DNA of 64,000 bases, taken from Polyangiales bacterium (GTDB lineage Bacteria; Myxococcota_A; Polyangia; Polyangiales; Ga0077539). Shown piece by piece: positions 1-9,574 of this stretch; position 1 is the first letter of the stretch, and every line of letters starts with the position of its first letter. Both the position numbers and the translations under genes were made by a program. The stretch is from positions 832,001-896,000 of the forward strand of contig JBGARZ010000002.1 in the NCBI GenBank assembly GCA_044229975.1. Reading direction: 5' to 3'. The notes below the pieces were generated by a model. The model ran no database searches and was not told the origin of the DNA. It worked only from the letters and a program-made list of their open reading frames with translations.

Positions 1-389
1 GTGGAGAGGTCGACGCGGAGGTGCGTTCCGCTGACGGTGGGGTGTGCGACGACGACCTGCGAGCGGCCGGGGTCGCGGCCGACGACGACGACGCCAGGGC
101 GCTCGGGCGGGAGCGCGGTGCGGTCGAGGAAGAGCTTGGAGACCTCCGCGGAGGTGAGCGGAACCGCCGCGCCGCCGACCATCACGCGAGCGTGGAAGCC
201 CGCGAGCTGCACCGACTCGTTGGGCGCGAGCGGTCGACCGTCGACCTCGGTGCGACCTTGCGCGAGGTCTTGCACCCAGAGGCCGTCGCGCCACATCAGC
301 TGCGCATGGCGGGGAGCGACCCCGGGACCCTGTACCAGGAGGTCGCACCCGGGTGCGGACCCAATGATCAACTGCGACTTCGTCGGCAT
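1..389 (-). CDS. Tandem FHA-domain protein, N-terminal part (continues past window start); not in ORF track
   Basis: Manual translation from ATG at 389: MPTKSQLIIGSAPGCDLLVQGPGVAPRHAQLMWRDGLWVQDL... then VVVVGRDPGRSQVVVAHPTVSGTHLRVD; two FHA-like G(R/S)...(S)xxH units; open to position 1. Confidence 0.8.
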   Translation of the reverse strand, partial: MPTKSQLIIGSAPGCDLLVQGPGVAPRHAQLMWRDGLWVQDLAQGRTEVDGRPLAPNESVQLAGFHARVMVGGAAVPLTSAEVSKLFLDRTALPPERPGVVVVGRDPGRSQVVVAHPTVSGTHLRVDLS

Positions 390-447
390 GGCGCGGCAGT
401 GTATCGAAACACCGCCGGGATGGAACCAACCTCAGCGCGGGCGAGAA

Positions 448-1041
448 TTACTCGACGTCGTCGGTGATGCGGATGCCGCTGGTGAGGTTGGAGACCTCGT
501 AGCGGGAGTAGCGACCGTCGCCGTCGAGGTCGCCCGAGGCGATGGCGAAATACCAGGTGGCCTGCTGCGGGGCGGGGAGAGCCGTGTACCCGAGGGTGGG
601 GTTGGCGCCGCCGACACCAGGAATGACACCGGGCCGACCGGCGATGGTCTGGTACGAGTACCGGACGCGCTGGCGGGGGCGAACGCCAAGCTGGTTCCAG
701 GCGGCGGGGAGGCTGCCGTAGAAGGAGTACATGCCGTCGGGGTCGCGGGAGGTGAGCGCGGGCCACCAGTTGGTGGCGAGGGCGCCGGAGGTCCCGTTGG
801 CGGTGCCGCCGAGCTCGGGGTCGTTGGACACGTCGGAGTACACGTTGAACTCCGCGCGGTAGCTCTCCTGCGCCGACGTGATGCGCGAGAGCACCTCGGT
901 GGCCTCGAGCGCAAACGAGCGGTAGCGGCTGCGCGAATACAGCGGCATCGCGATGGCCGACAGGATGCCGATGATGACGACGACGATCATCAGCTCCACC
1001 AGCGAGAACCCAGCGCCGCTCGTGCCTCGTCGTGTCTTCAT
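448..1041 (-). CDS. Type IV pilin (PilA-like) with prepilin N-methylation motif
   Basis: MKTRRGTSGAG|FSLVELMIVVVIIGILSAIAMP: class III signal peptide, Glu+5, hydrophobic helix; start reassigned to ATG at 1041. Confidence 0.9.
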   Translation of the reverse strand: MKTRRGTSGAGFSLVELMIVVVIIGILSAIAMPLYSRSRYRSFALEATEVLSRITSAQESYRAEFNVYSDVSNDPELGGTANGTSGALATNWWPALTSRDPDGMYSFYGSLPAAWNQLGVRPRQRVRYSYQTIAGRPGVIPGVGGANPTLGYTALPAPQQATWYFAIASGDLDGDGRYSRYEVSNLTSGIRITDDVE

Positions 1042-1197
1042 GGGTCGGTTCTCCGGGGCGCTTCGATGGTCACGCCGTCGAAGGTCGAGGGTAGGCCCGC
1101 GCGGGCCCCGACCGCAACCACGCGAACGCCCGTCAACCATCATCACCGGGCTTCAGGCGATGGCGGTCATCGTGCTACCCACCATGAGAAGGTGAGC

Positions 1198-3336
1198 ATG
1201 CGACCCAGACTCCTGTCCCCCTCCATCGCGGCGTCGTCCCTCCTCGGGGGCGCCCTGGCAGCGACCCTGTCCGCGGGCTGCGACGCAGGCCCGACCGCAC
1301 GCGATTGCAGCCCGAGCCGCCCGTGCGTCGACCCGATGGACGCCACCACGCCCTTCGACGCAGCCCGGCTCGACGTCCGGCCCGTCGACGCGCCCGACCT
1401 CTACACGGGCCTCATCTCGGTGAGCATCACGCCCGAAAACCCCACGCTCGTCGTGCGCGGCGCCATCGCGACACAGCCCTTCATGGCCATCGGTCGCTAC
1501 GAGGACGGCACCCAGCGCCCGATCGCCCTCGGCGCCTGGAGCGTCTCCCGTCTCCGCGCCGGCGGCATCGACCCCTCCACCGGTCGCTTCACCGCGACGG
1601 GTCAGGTCGGTGACGTCACCGAGGTGCGCTACGAGTTGCCCCGCCCGACGGGCGACGCCCTCCGCGCGACGACCAACCTCACGGTGCGCTTCGAGCGGGA
1701 GTTTTTCACGGCGCCGGCGACCGAGACCGACCGGGCGCGCTTCGCGACGCTCACCACCGACCCCGCGCGCGAGGTGCTGGTGCGCTACCCCCTCGCCGAC
1801 GCGCTCGTCCCGCAAAACGTCGCGCCCCCGGACGTGCAGTGGGAGCAAGGCGTCGCGGGAGACGTCTACCGCGTTCGCTTCAGCAAGCCCCATGTCGCCG
1901 TCACGGGCTACGTCACGCACACGGGGACCGCGGCCTTCCACTTCAACTGGCCGACCGATCCCGCCGGGTGGCGCGCCCTCGTGGAGTCCGACCTCGACGA
2001 CCCCATCACGCTCCGCGTCGACCGGGCCACCACCGGCGCCGCCATCGAAGGCGCTCCCCGCTCGCTGCGCGTCGCCCAGGGCTCCCTCGCCGGAGCCGTC
2101 TACTACTGGGACCTGCGCGCCGGGAGGATCCTCCGCATCCGTGAGGAGGCCACCGGGCCGGTGCGCGAGGACTTCCTCCCGCGCCCGCCGCAGCGTACGA
2201 CCGGTGACCGCAGCCGCTGCGTGGCCTGCCACACCATCTCCCGCGACGGCCTCCAGATGGCCGCAGAGCTCTGGGAGGGACAGGGGCCGTCCAACGTCTT
2301 CGACCTCGGCCGCGACCTCACCGCCGACCCCGCGCCGACGCGCTTCCCGGTGACCGACACGGCCGCGTCGCCGTCGTGGGTGTACTCGTCCTTCAATGCC
2401 ACCGCCACGCGGCTCATCGCCAACCGCCTCGGCGGGCTCTTCCTCGTCAACCCAGCGACGGGCGCGACGGTTCCGCCCGTCGCCGGAACGCTCCCCGGCG
2501 CCGGCAGCGTGCAGCCCTCGTGGTCGCCCGACGGCAACACCATCGCCTACGTTTCGGAGTTCACGGGCGAAGGTCCGACGGCCTTCAGCAACAGCAACCT
2601 GTCGACCATCCCCGTCACGGCGGCCGACAGCTTCGGCCCAGCGACCCAGCGGGTCATGGGCGCGTCGCTGATGGCCCAGCGCGAGGGCGGCCGCGCGCTC
2701 GCCTACCCGACGTGGACGCCGGACTCGCGCTGGCTGGCCTTCCAGCACGGCCCCTACAGCGAGAGCGACCGCGCTGGTGCTTCGGCCGGGGCGCCGCGCA
2801 CCCGCTTCCCCGCCGCCCTCTACGTCGTCGCGCCGACCGGCGGAACGCCCACCCGCCTCGCGCGCGCCTCCGCCGACGAGGCCGAGGACGACGCCTACTT
2901 CCCCAACTTCTCGCCCTTCGTGCAGGGCGGGCATTACTGGCTCGTGTATTTCTCCCGCCGCGCCTACGGCAACGCCCAGGCGGGCACCCGCGGCACCGGC
3001 CGACGCCAGCTCTGGGTCACCGCCATCAGCACCACCGTCACCGCCGGGGCCGACCCGTCCAACGTGCCGTACTGGCTCCCCGGTCAGGACGTCGGCAGCG
3101 ACAACGTGAGCGGCTTCTGGGCGCCGCAGCCGTGCCGTCCGCGCGGCGCGAGCTGCACCGTGTCGAGCGAGTGCTGCGCGGGCACCTGCGGCCCCGACGC
3201 GACGGGCGCTCTGGTCTGCAACCCGCCTCCCCCGGAGGCCCCGTGCCGCATGGAGGGCGAGCGCTGCGGCGCCGGGTCCGACTGCTGCGCGGGCCTGAGC
3301 TGCGCGGCCAACGTGTGCCTGCGCCCGCCGGGCTGA
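1198..3336 (+). CDS. TolB/PD40-like beta-propeller lipoprotein with CxxCH motif and Cys-rich tail
   Basis: Signal peptide and lipobox LSAGC; PD40-like PSWSPDG, PTWTPDS, PNFSP; CVACH; C-terminal CC-containing small disulfide repeats; start reassigned to ATG 1198. Confidence 0.8.
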   Translation: MRPRLLSPSIAASSLLGGALAATLSAGCDAGPTARDCSPSRPCVDPMDATTPFDAARLDVRPVDAPDLYTGLISVSITPENPTLVVRGAIATQPFMAIGRYEDGTQRPIALGAWSVSRLRAGGIDPSTGRFTATGQVGDVTEVRYELPRPTGDALRATTNLTVRFEREFFTAPATETDRARFATLTTDPAREVLVRYPLADALVPQNVAPPDVQWEQGVAGDVYRVRFSKPHVAVTGYVTHTGTAAFHFNWPTDPAGWRALVESDLDDPITLRVDRATTGAAIEGAPRSLRVAQGSLAGAVYYWDLRAGRILRIREEATGPVREDFLPRPPQRTTGDRSRCVACHTISRDGLQMAAELWEGQGPSNVFDLGRDLTADPAPTRFPVTDTAASPSWVYSSFNATATRLIANRLGGLFLVNPATGATVPPVAGTLPGAGSVQPSWSPDGNTIAYVSEFTGEGPTAFSNSNLSTIPVTAADSFGPATQRVMGASLMAQREGGRALAYPTWTPDSRWLAFQHGPYSESDRAGASAGAPRTRFPAALYVVAPTGGTPTRLARASADEAEDDAYFPNFSPFVQGGHYWLVYFSRRAYGNAQAGTRGTGRRQLWVTAISTTVTAGADPSNVPYWLPGQDVGSDNVSGFWAPQPCRPRGASCTVSSECCAGTCGPDATGALVCNPPPPEAPCRMEGERCGAGSDCCAGLSCAANVCLRPPG

Positions 3337-3443
3337 TCGCGCGCAGCGTTCGGTTGAGCCAGCGCGCGGGGCTCCGGTACGATCCGCGACGACCCGCAGT
3401 CCCCGTCTGACAATCCGATCTCCGATAGGCCCCCACCACCGCC

Positions 3444-6400
3444 ATGACGCTCCACCTTCGCTTCGCCGCGCTCCTCGCCCTCGTCGTCGCGGTCGGCTGC
3501 TCCAGCGAGACCCCGCCGCTCACTCCGACCGACGACGCCTCCACCGACATCGCCGCGGTGGACGACGCCACGGAGTCCGACGTCCGCGCGCCGCGCAGCG
3601 ACGCCGCGTGCGAGGTCGACCTCGACTGCGACGACGGGCTCTATTGCAACGGCGGCGAGCGGTGCCTCATGGGGCGCTGCGCCGCCGGGACGAGCCCCTG
3701 CGACGACCGGTACAGCTGCACCCTCGACTCGTGCGACGAGACGATGCGCGCCTGCTCGCGCACCAACGACCACTCGGTGTGCGGCGACGGCAACGCGTGC
3801 AACGGCACCGAGCGCTGCGACCCGACCACGCCGGGCGCCCTCGCCGGCACCGGGTGTCAGCCCGTGCGCGCCGACGATCAGATCGACTGCGACGACCGCA
3901 ACACCTGCACCATCGACTCGTGCGATGGCCGCGTCGGGTGCGTCCACTCGCCGCGCGACCTCGACGGCGACGGCTTCATCGCCACCTCGTGCACCAGCGA
4001 CGGCACCCCGCGCGGGACGCAGGGCAACGACTGCAACGACAGCGATCCGCGGGTGTTTCCGGGGGCCCCGGAGACCTGCGACGACGGGCGCGACAACAAC
4101 TGCAACTTCCTCGTCGACTACGCGGACACCACGTCGTGCGTGCCCCGCAACGACACCTGCGAGCGCGCCCAGGAGATTCGCGTCACGACCGCCGCCACGT
4201 ACTCGGTGACGGGCTCGACCTCCGGCCTCGCGACCACCTTCGCGGTCGCGTGTGGGCAGCCCGCGCGGCCCACGGCGCTCTACCGCTTCACGCTCGCGAC
4301 GCCGCAGGACGTCGCCATCACCAACGACGACACCAGCACGCCGGTGGGTGCCATCGCGCTGCTCTCGACCTGCGACTCGACCAGCGAGGTGCGCTGCGCC
4401 CGCGGCGTGTCGAGCACCGCGCCGCAGGTGCAGGTCCGCTCGCTCCCCGCCGGGACGTACTTCATCGCCGTGCAGACCAGCGCGCCGCGCATCTTCCGGC
4501 TGCGGCTCACCATCGGCCGCCCCACCACCGCGCCCGAGAGCGACCTCTGCCCCGTGGCCGGCGCCACGCCCGCGTTCGACCTGTCCGACGCGATGCCGCA
4601 CACCGTCTCGTTCGCTGGCCTGCTCCCGGACTACTCGCTGAGCTGCGACACGGGCGCGCCGACGGCCGACGCCGTGCTGCCCCTCACGCTCACCGCCCCG
4701 CGCAACGTCACCCTCACGGTGACCGGCCCCGCGAGCGAGCGCGTGACCATGGCCATCTTCCGCGCGCCCTGCGGCGTCGCCGCGAGCGAGCTGCGGTGCG
4801 CCACGGCCCTCACCACGACGCGCATCGTGCAGCGACCGCTGGCGGCGGGCGCCTACTTCGTGATCGTTCGTCACGCCTCGGCGCGGGACGTCACGGTGCA
4901 GGCCGCCCTCACCGACCCGACCATGCGTGCGCCCGCGGACGTCTGCCCGGGCATCGAGGTGATGCCCGACGGCCCCGCCCTCACGCTCACCCCGCCGACG
5001 CTGGAGAGCTACCCCGACCAGGGCACCTCCTGCGGCTCCAACGGCACCACCGATGGGTGGACCGACATGGTCGTGCGCTTCACCCTCGCGACGCCGCGCG
5101 ACGTGACCGTCTCGGTCGGCGGCTCGGGCTTCGCGTCGCTGCGGATGCAGCTCCAGTCCGACTGCGCGACGCGCACCTCGGTCATCGGGCCCTGCGTGTC
5201 GGGCGCGCCGCCCGTGCGTCGCTACCGCGGCCTCGGCGCGGGCACCTACTTCATCATCATCGAGAGCAACGCGCCGCCCCCGTCGCTCACCGTCGCCGTG
5301 ACGACGACGGCGCCTGGCGTTCGTCTGCCGGGTGACACCTGCCCTGGCGTCGACGTGGCGCTCGACGGCGCCCCCGGGGTGATCAACCCGTCGGGCTTCG
5401 ACGTCACCTCGGACATCGGAACGCCCTGCGGCTCGACCCGCCCGTCCGACAACTGGACCGACTGGGTCTTCCACTTCCGCCTCGACACGCCGCGCGACGT
5501 GACGCTCACCATGCTCGGCGGCAGCGCGCTTCGCATGCAGCTCTATTCGAGCTGCGGCGTCGGGGCGACCACCCTCGGCGGGTGCGTCGCGGGCACCACG
5601 ATGACCGAGCGCCGCTACCGCAGCCTGCCCGCGGGCGACTACTACGTCGTGGGCGAGCAGGCGGGCGCTGGCGGGGTGAGCGGCAACGTGCGGCTCATCA
5701 TCGCGACGGGCGATCCGGGCGTGCGTGCGCCGGGTGACACGTGCTCGACGGCGGTGCGGCTGACGCCCGATGGGCCGACGGTTCCGCTGGCGGTGACGAC
5801 CTTCGACACGGTGCCCGACCACGGCACGCCCTGCGGCTCGGCCACGATGAGCTCGGCGACGTGGACCGACTTCGTCACGACCTTCACCATCGACACGCCG
5901 CGGGACGTGACCGTCACGCTCATGGCGACCCCCGCCACGCAGCTCTTCGCCGCGGTGGAGCGCACCTGCGGCACGGCCTCGTCCGTCGTCGGGAGCTGCC
6001 TCTCGGGGCCCTTTGGCCCGTGGGTGCAGCGCTACCCGTCGCTCGCCGCCGGGACGTACTTCGTCGTCGGTGAAGCGCGAACCTTCGCCGCCAGCTCGGT
6101 CGTCAACGCCACGGTGACGACGCTGCCCGCGGGCTCGTCTCCGTCGTACCGGCGCACCGACGCGCCCGCCGACGTCACCTTCGTCAACGTGTGCACGGCG
6201 CCCGGCGCCCGGCGCGTGCTGCCCAGCCTCGACGACTCGTCGGTGCTCGACACGCTGCCGTTCTCCTTCCGCTACTGGGGTTCGCCCGTGACGATGGTCA
6301 ACGTCGCCTCCAACGGGTTCATGAACCTCGACGGCGTGTCGGCGGCGAGCACCGCCGGAAGCATCCCCGAGCGTGGCGCGCCCAACGGGGTCATCGCGGC

Positions 6401-6719
6401 CTACTGGCTCGACCTGCTCACCCGCGACACGGGCGTGTGCATCGGCACCGTCGGCACCGCACCCAACCGTCGCTACATCGCGCAGTGGGACAACGCGTCG
6501 TACTACCCGACGGGCACCGGCAACCTGACCTTCGAGATCATCCTCAACGAGACCACCAACACCATCGACATGATCTACCAGTCGCTCGGCACGCCCGACC
6601 GCGCGCTCACCGTCGGTCTGGAGACCCTCGACGGCGTGGACGGCGCGGTGCTCTGCAGCAACTCCACGGCCTGCCCGGTCGCGACCGGGACGCGCATCCG
6701 TTGGGTCCCGACGCCCTGA
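3444..6719 (+). CDS. Large Cys-rich surface lipoprotein: CDDxxxCTxDxC repeats, DCND...APETCDDGRDNNC motif, five PPC-like domains, C-terminal nidogen/NIDO-like domain
   Basis: Lipobox AVGC; five D(T/L/V)C...L(P/A/G)AGxY(F/Y) units of about 130 aa; C-terminal LPFSFRYWG..ASNG..IAAYWLDL..QW..TFEIIL. Confidence 0.8.
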   Translation: MTLHLRFAALLALVVAVGCSSETPPLTPTDDASTDIAAVDDATESDVRAPRSDAACEVDLDCDDGLYCNGGERCLMGRCAAGTSPCDDRYSCTLDSCDETMRACSRTNDHSVCGDGNACNGTERCDPTTPGALAGTGCQPVRADDQIDCDDRNTCTIDSCDGRVGCVHSPRDLDGDGFIATSCTSDGTPRGTQGNDCNDSDPRVFPGAPETCDDGRDNNCNFLVDYADTTSCVPRNDTCERAQEIRVTTAATYSVTGSTSGLATTFAVACGQPARPTALYRFTLATPQDVAITNDDTSTPVGAIALLSTCDSTSEVRCARGVSSTAPQVQVRSLPAGTYFIAVQTSAPRIFRLRLTIGRPTTAPESDLCPVAGATPAFDLSDAMPHTVSFAGLLPDYSLSCDTGAPTADAVLPLTLTAPRNVTLTVTGPASERVTMAIFRAPCGVAASELRCATALTTTRIVQRPLAAGAYFVIVRHASARDVTVQAALTDPTMRAPADVCPGIEVMPDGPALTLTPPTLESYPDQGTSCGSNGTTDGWTDMVVRFTLATPRDVTVSVGGSGFASLRMQLQSDCATRTSVIGPCVSGAPPVRRYRGLGAGTYFIIIESNAPPPSLTVAVTTTAPGVRLPGDTCPGVDVALDGAPGVINPSGFDVTSDIGTPCGSTRPSDNWTDWVFHFRLDTPRDVTLTMLGGSALRMQLYSSCGVGATTLGGCVAGTTMTERRYRSLPAGDYYVVGEQAGAGGVSGNVRLIIATGDPGVRAPGDTCSTAVRLTPDGPTVPLAVTTFDTVPDHGTPCGSATMSSATWTDFVTTFTIDTPRDVTVTLMATPATQLFAAVERTCGTASSVVGSCLSGPFGPWVQRYPSLAAGTYFVVGEARTFAASSVVNATVTTLPAGSSPSYRRTDAPADVTFVNVCTAPGARRVLPSLDDSSVLDTLPFSFRYWGSPVTMVNVASNGFMNLDGVSAASTAGSIPERGAPNGVIAAYWLDLLTRDTGVCIGTVGTAPNRRYIAQWDNASYYPTGTGNLTFEIILNETTNTIDMIYQSLGTPDRALTVGLETLDGVDGAVLCSNSTACPVATGTRIRWVPTP

Positions 6720-6733
6720 GCCGCGTCCATCGG

Positions 6734-8524
6734 ATGCTGCCGCATCGCGCGCTCGCCTTCGTTGCGCTTGCCCTGGCCTGCAAAGACGAGCGCCCGGGGG
6801 GGCTGTCCCCCGATGTTCCCTTCCTCCTGAGTGACGCCGGCTTCGTCGACCGACCCATGGTCGATGTCGTCCCCGACAGGGGCGTCGTACTTCTTCGCGA
6901 CGGCTCGACCGACCTGGGGTCCAGCGCCGTCACGCCCTTTCGACCGCTGGCGCCGAGCTCCGGCGCGTGGCTCCGCTCGCTCCGGCCGACCTTCCGCTGG
7001 ACGGCATTGCCCGCCGCGACCAGCTACCGCGTCGAGCTCTCCACCACGCGAACCTTCGACACGGTGGAGTCCACCGCGACCAGCGCGACGACGTCTTACG
7101 TGTCCGTCGCCGACCTGCCGCGCGGGCTTCGCTGGTGGCGCGTCGTGGCCCTCGACGGAGCGATGGAGCTGCGCACCTCCGCGGTGTGGCCCGTCACCCT
7201 GGGGCGCGCGCTCCACGACCTCAACGGCGACGGTCGCGCGGACATCGTCGTCGGCGCGCCGGGCCTGGAGCGCGTCGCCGCGGGCCCCACGGGAGAGGTG
7301 CACGTCCACCTTGGCGGAACAGCCATCGCGAGCGCGCCGGACCTCACCCTCGCCGCGAGCAACCCGGGAGAGCGCTTCGGTGGGAGCGTGTCGACCTCGG
7401 GTGATCTCAACGGCGACGGCTTCGCCGACCTCGTCGTCGGCGCCGGGAGCTTCCGCACCGGCGCGCCGACGGAGACCGGGGAGTCGGGGCGTGTCGCGGT
7501 GTACCTGGGCGGAGCGTCACCCTCGACGAGCGCCACGCTTCAAGTGGCGGCCCCGGTGGCGAGCGGAGGCTTCGGCCGCAGCGTCGCGATCGTTGGTGAC
7601 TACAACGGCGACGGCTACGGCGACTTGGTCGTCGGCGCACCGGCATACGGCGGGCTCACCGGGCGGGCGTGGCTCTACCTGGGCGGTTCGACGCCCGACG
7701 CGATGCCTGACGCGGAGTTCACCTTCGCGATGCCCTTCGACGCCTTCGGGAGCGTGGTCGCGGGGGCGGGCGACCTCAACGGGGACGGCTTCGCGGATGT
7801 CGTCATCGGCGCGCCGCAGATCGTCGGGTCGGGGGTCGGGGAGGTGCGGGTGTTCTTCGGGAGCGCGACACCCAACGCCTCGGTCGATCAGAACTTCCTC
7901 GGCGCCGCCAACGACGTCTTCGGGTCGGCGGTGGCGGGCGTGGGCGACCTCGACGGCGACGGCTACGCCGACCTCGCCGTGGGCGCTCCCTCCATCGGCG
8001 GACCCGGTCGGGTGGTCGTCTTCGCGGGCTCGATCGGGTCGCTCATGCGCCCGCTGCTCGAAGTGCGCGGCGCCACGGCGGCGGGCGCGGGCGAGCGTCT
8101 CGGCAACGCGCTCGACGGCGCGGGCGACGTCAACGGCGACGGCCTCGCTGACCTCGTCGTCGGCGCGTCGGGCAACGCCGCCCGCCGACCGGGGGCGGGC
8201 GTCGCGTACCTCTTCCTCGGGGCGGCGGCTCCTTCGACGACGGCCGCGCTCACCTACGAGACCCGCGAGGACGAAGGGGCCATCGCGCTCGGCGACCGCG
8301 CGGTGGGCGCGGGCGACGTGGACGGCGATGGCTTCGACGACGTCTTGCTGCGCGCGGGCCGGGCGCCATCCGGCGTAGGCGTCGGAGCGGTGTACCTCCT
8401 GCGCGGCGGCGCGACACCCACCGCGACGCGCGCATGGACCTCGGTCGGGCAGAGCAGCTTCGTCGGCAGCGAGTACGGCGCGGGGCTCGCGTTTCGCGTC
8501 GTGCGTCGGCCGCGCTACCTGTAG
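6734..8524 (+). CDS. FG-GAP (integrin-alpha-like) repeat lipoprotein
   Basis: Lipobox LALAC; about 7 D(L/V/Y)(N/D)GDG...D(L/V/I)xVGAP-type repeats; N-terminal Ig/FN3-like segment (RPTFRW...WWRV). Confidence 0.9.
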   Translation: MLPHRALAFVALALACKDERPGGLSPDVPFLLSDAGFVDRPMVDVVPDRGVVLLRDGSTDLGSSAVTPFRPLAPSSGAWLRSLRPTFRWTALPAATSYRVELSTTRTFDTVESTATSATTSYVSVADLPRGLRWWRVVALDGAMELRTSAVWPVTLGRALHDLNGDGRADIVVGAPGLERVAAGPTGEVHVHLGGTAIASAPDLTLAASNPGERFGGSVSTSGDLNGDGFADLVVGAGSFRTGAPTETGESGRVAVYLGGASPSTSATLQVAAPVASGGFGRSVAIVGDYNGDGYGDLVVGAPAYGGLTGRAWLYLGGSTPDAMPDAEFTFAMPFDAFGSVVAGAGDLNGDGFADVVIGAPQIVGSGVGEVRVFFGSATPNASVDQNFLGAANDVFGSAVAGVGDLDGDGYADLAVGAPSIGGPGRVVVFAGSIGSLMRPLLEVRGATAAGAGERLGNALDGAGDVNGDGLADLVVGASGNAARRPGAGVAYLFLGAAAPSTTAALTYETREDEGAIALGDRAVGAGDVDGDGFDDVLLRAGRAPSGVGVGAVYLLRGGATPTATRAWTSVGQSSFVGSEYGAGLAFRVVRRPRYL

Positions 8525-8528
8525 GTCG

Positions 8529-9476
8529 TCAGCGACGGGACGCGAGGTGCGCCACGCTGTCGCCGCGGTGGATGCGGCCGATGGCGTCGGAGAGCAGGCC
8601 CGCCACGCTCACCACCTCGATGCGCGGGTCGCGCTTGGCCTCGGGCAAGGGGATCGAGTCGGTGATGAGCAGGCGCCGCAGCACCGACCCGCGCAGACGC
8701 TCGACCGCGCGGCCCGAGAGCACGCCGTGCACCGCGGCGGCCTCGACGGAGGCAGCACCAAGGCGCATCACGAGCTCGGCGGCTTCGAGGATGGTTCCGC
8801 CGGTGGCGATCTCGTCGTCGACGATGAGGGCGTGGCGACCGCGCACGTCACCGACGAGGGTGTGCGGGACGGCGTGCTCATCATCGCCCACGCGTCGCTT
8901 GTCGATGACCGCGAGCGGCACGCCGAGGTCGTGGGCGAAGCGCCCGGCGTCCTTCGCTTCGCCGATGTCGGTGGCGACCACCACGCGGTCTTCGCCGGTG
9001 TTGCTGGCGAGGCCGCGACCGAGCACCGGGATGGCGGTGACATGGTCGACGGGGATGCGGAAGAAGCCGTGGATCTGTGGTGAGTGGAGGTCCATCGCCA
9101 GGAGCCGCTGGGCGCCCGCGGTGGTGAGCAGATCGGCGACGAGGCGGGCCGTGATGGAGATGCCGGGCTCGTCCTGCTTGTCGGAGCGGACGTAGGGGAA
9201 GTAGGGCAGCACCGCCGTGACCCGACCCGCGCCGGCGCCGCGGAGCGCATCGATGAGGATGAGGGTCTCCATCAGCGACTCGTTGACGGGGGGACACGAC
9301 GTCTGGACGACGAAGACGTCGCGGTCGCGCACGTTCTCCTCGACGCAGACCTTCACGTTCTCGTTGGAGAAGCGGTTGAAGCGCACGCGCCCGACGGTCA
9401 CACCGAGGTGGCTCGCGATGGTGGCCGCGAGCGTGGGGTGGGAGCTGCCGGAGATGATGACGGGAGGGTGCGACAT
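8529..9476 (-). CDS. prs: Ribose-phosphate pyrophosphokinase
   Basis: RFSNEN, PYFPYVRSDK, DLHSPQIHGFF, DKRR, DDEIATGGT. Confidence 0.95.
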   Translation of the reverse strand: MSHPPVIISGSSHPTLAATIASHLGVTVGRVRFNRFSNENVKVCVEENVRDRDVFVVQTSCPPVNESLMETLILIDALRGAGAGRVTAVLPYFPYVRSDKQDEPGISITARLVADLLTTAGAQRLLAMDLHSPQIHGFFRIPVDHVTAIPVLGRGLASNTGEDRVVVATDIGEAKDAGRFAHDLGVPLAVIDKRRVGDDEHAVPHTLVGDVRGRHALIVDDEIATGGTILEAAELVMRLGAASVEAAAVHGVLSGRAVERLRGSVLRRLLITDSIPLPEAKRDPRIEVVSVAGLLSDAIGRIHRGDSVAHLASRR

Positions 9477-9574
9477 GGCGGGTTGGTCACCACGGGTACC
9501 GCAGGTCGGCGGGCGCGCGCCAGCGCACTTGACGGCGCGGTGACCCGCGGACGACCCTCGCAGAGCGTCCAGCG

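Noticed and set aside
1..1197. N-terminal ~400 aa of the 1111-aa plus-strand ORF
   Set aside because: Antisense shadow of the FHA and pilin genes; the real protein starts at ATG 1198 with a signal peptide
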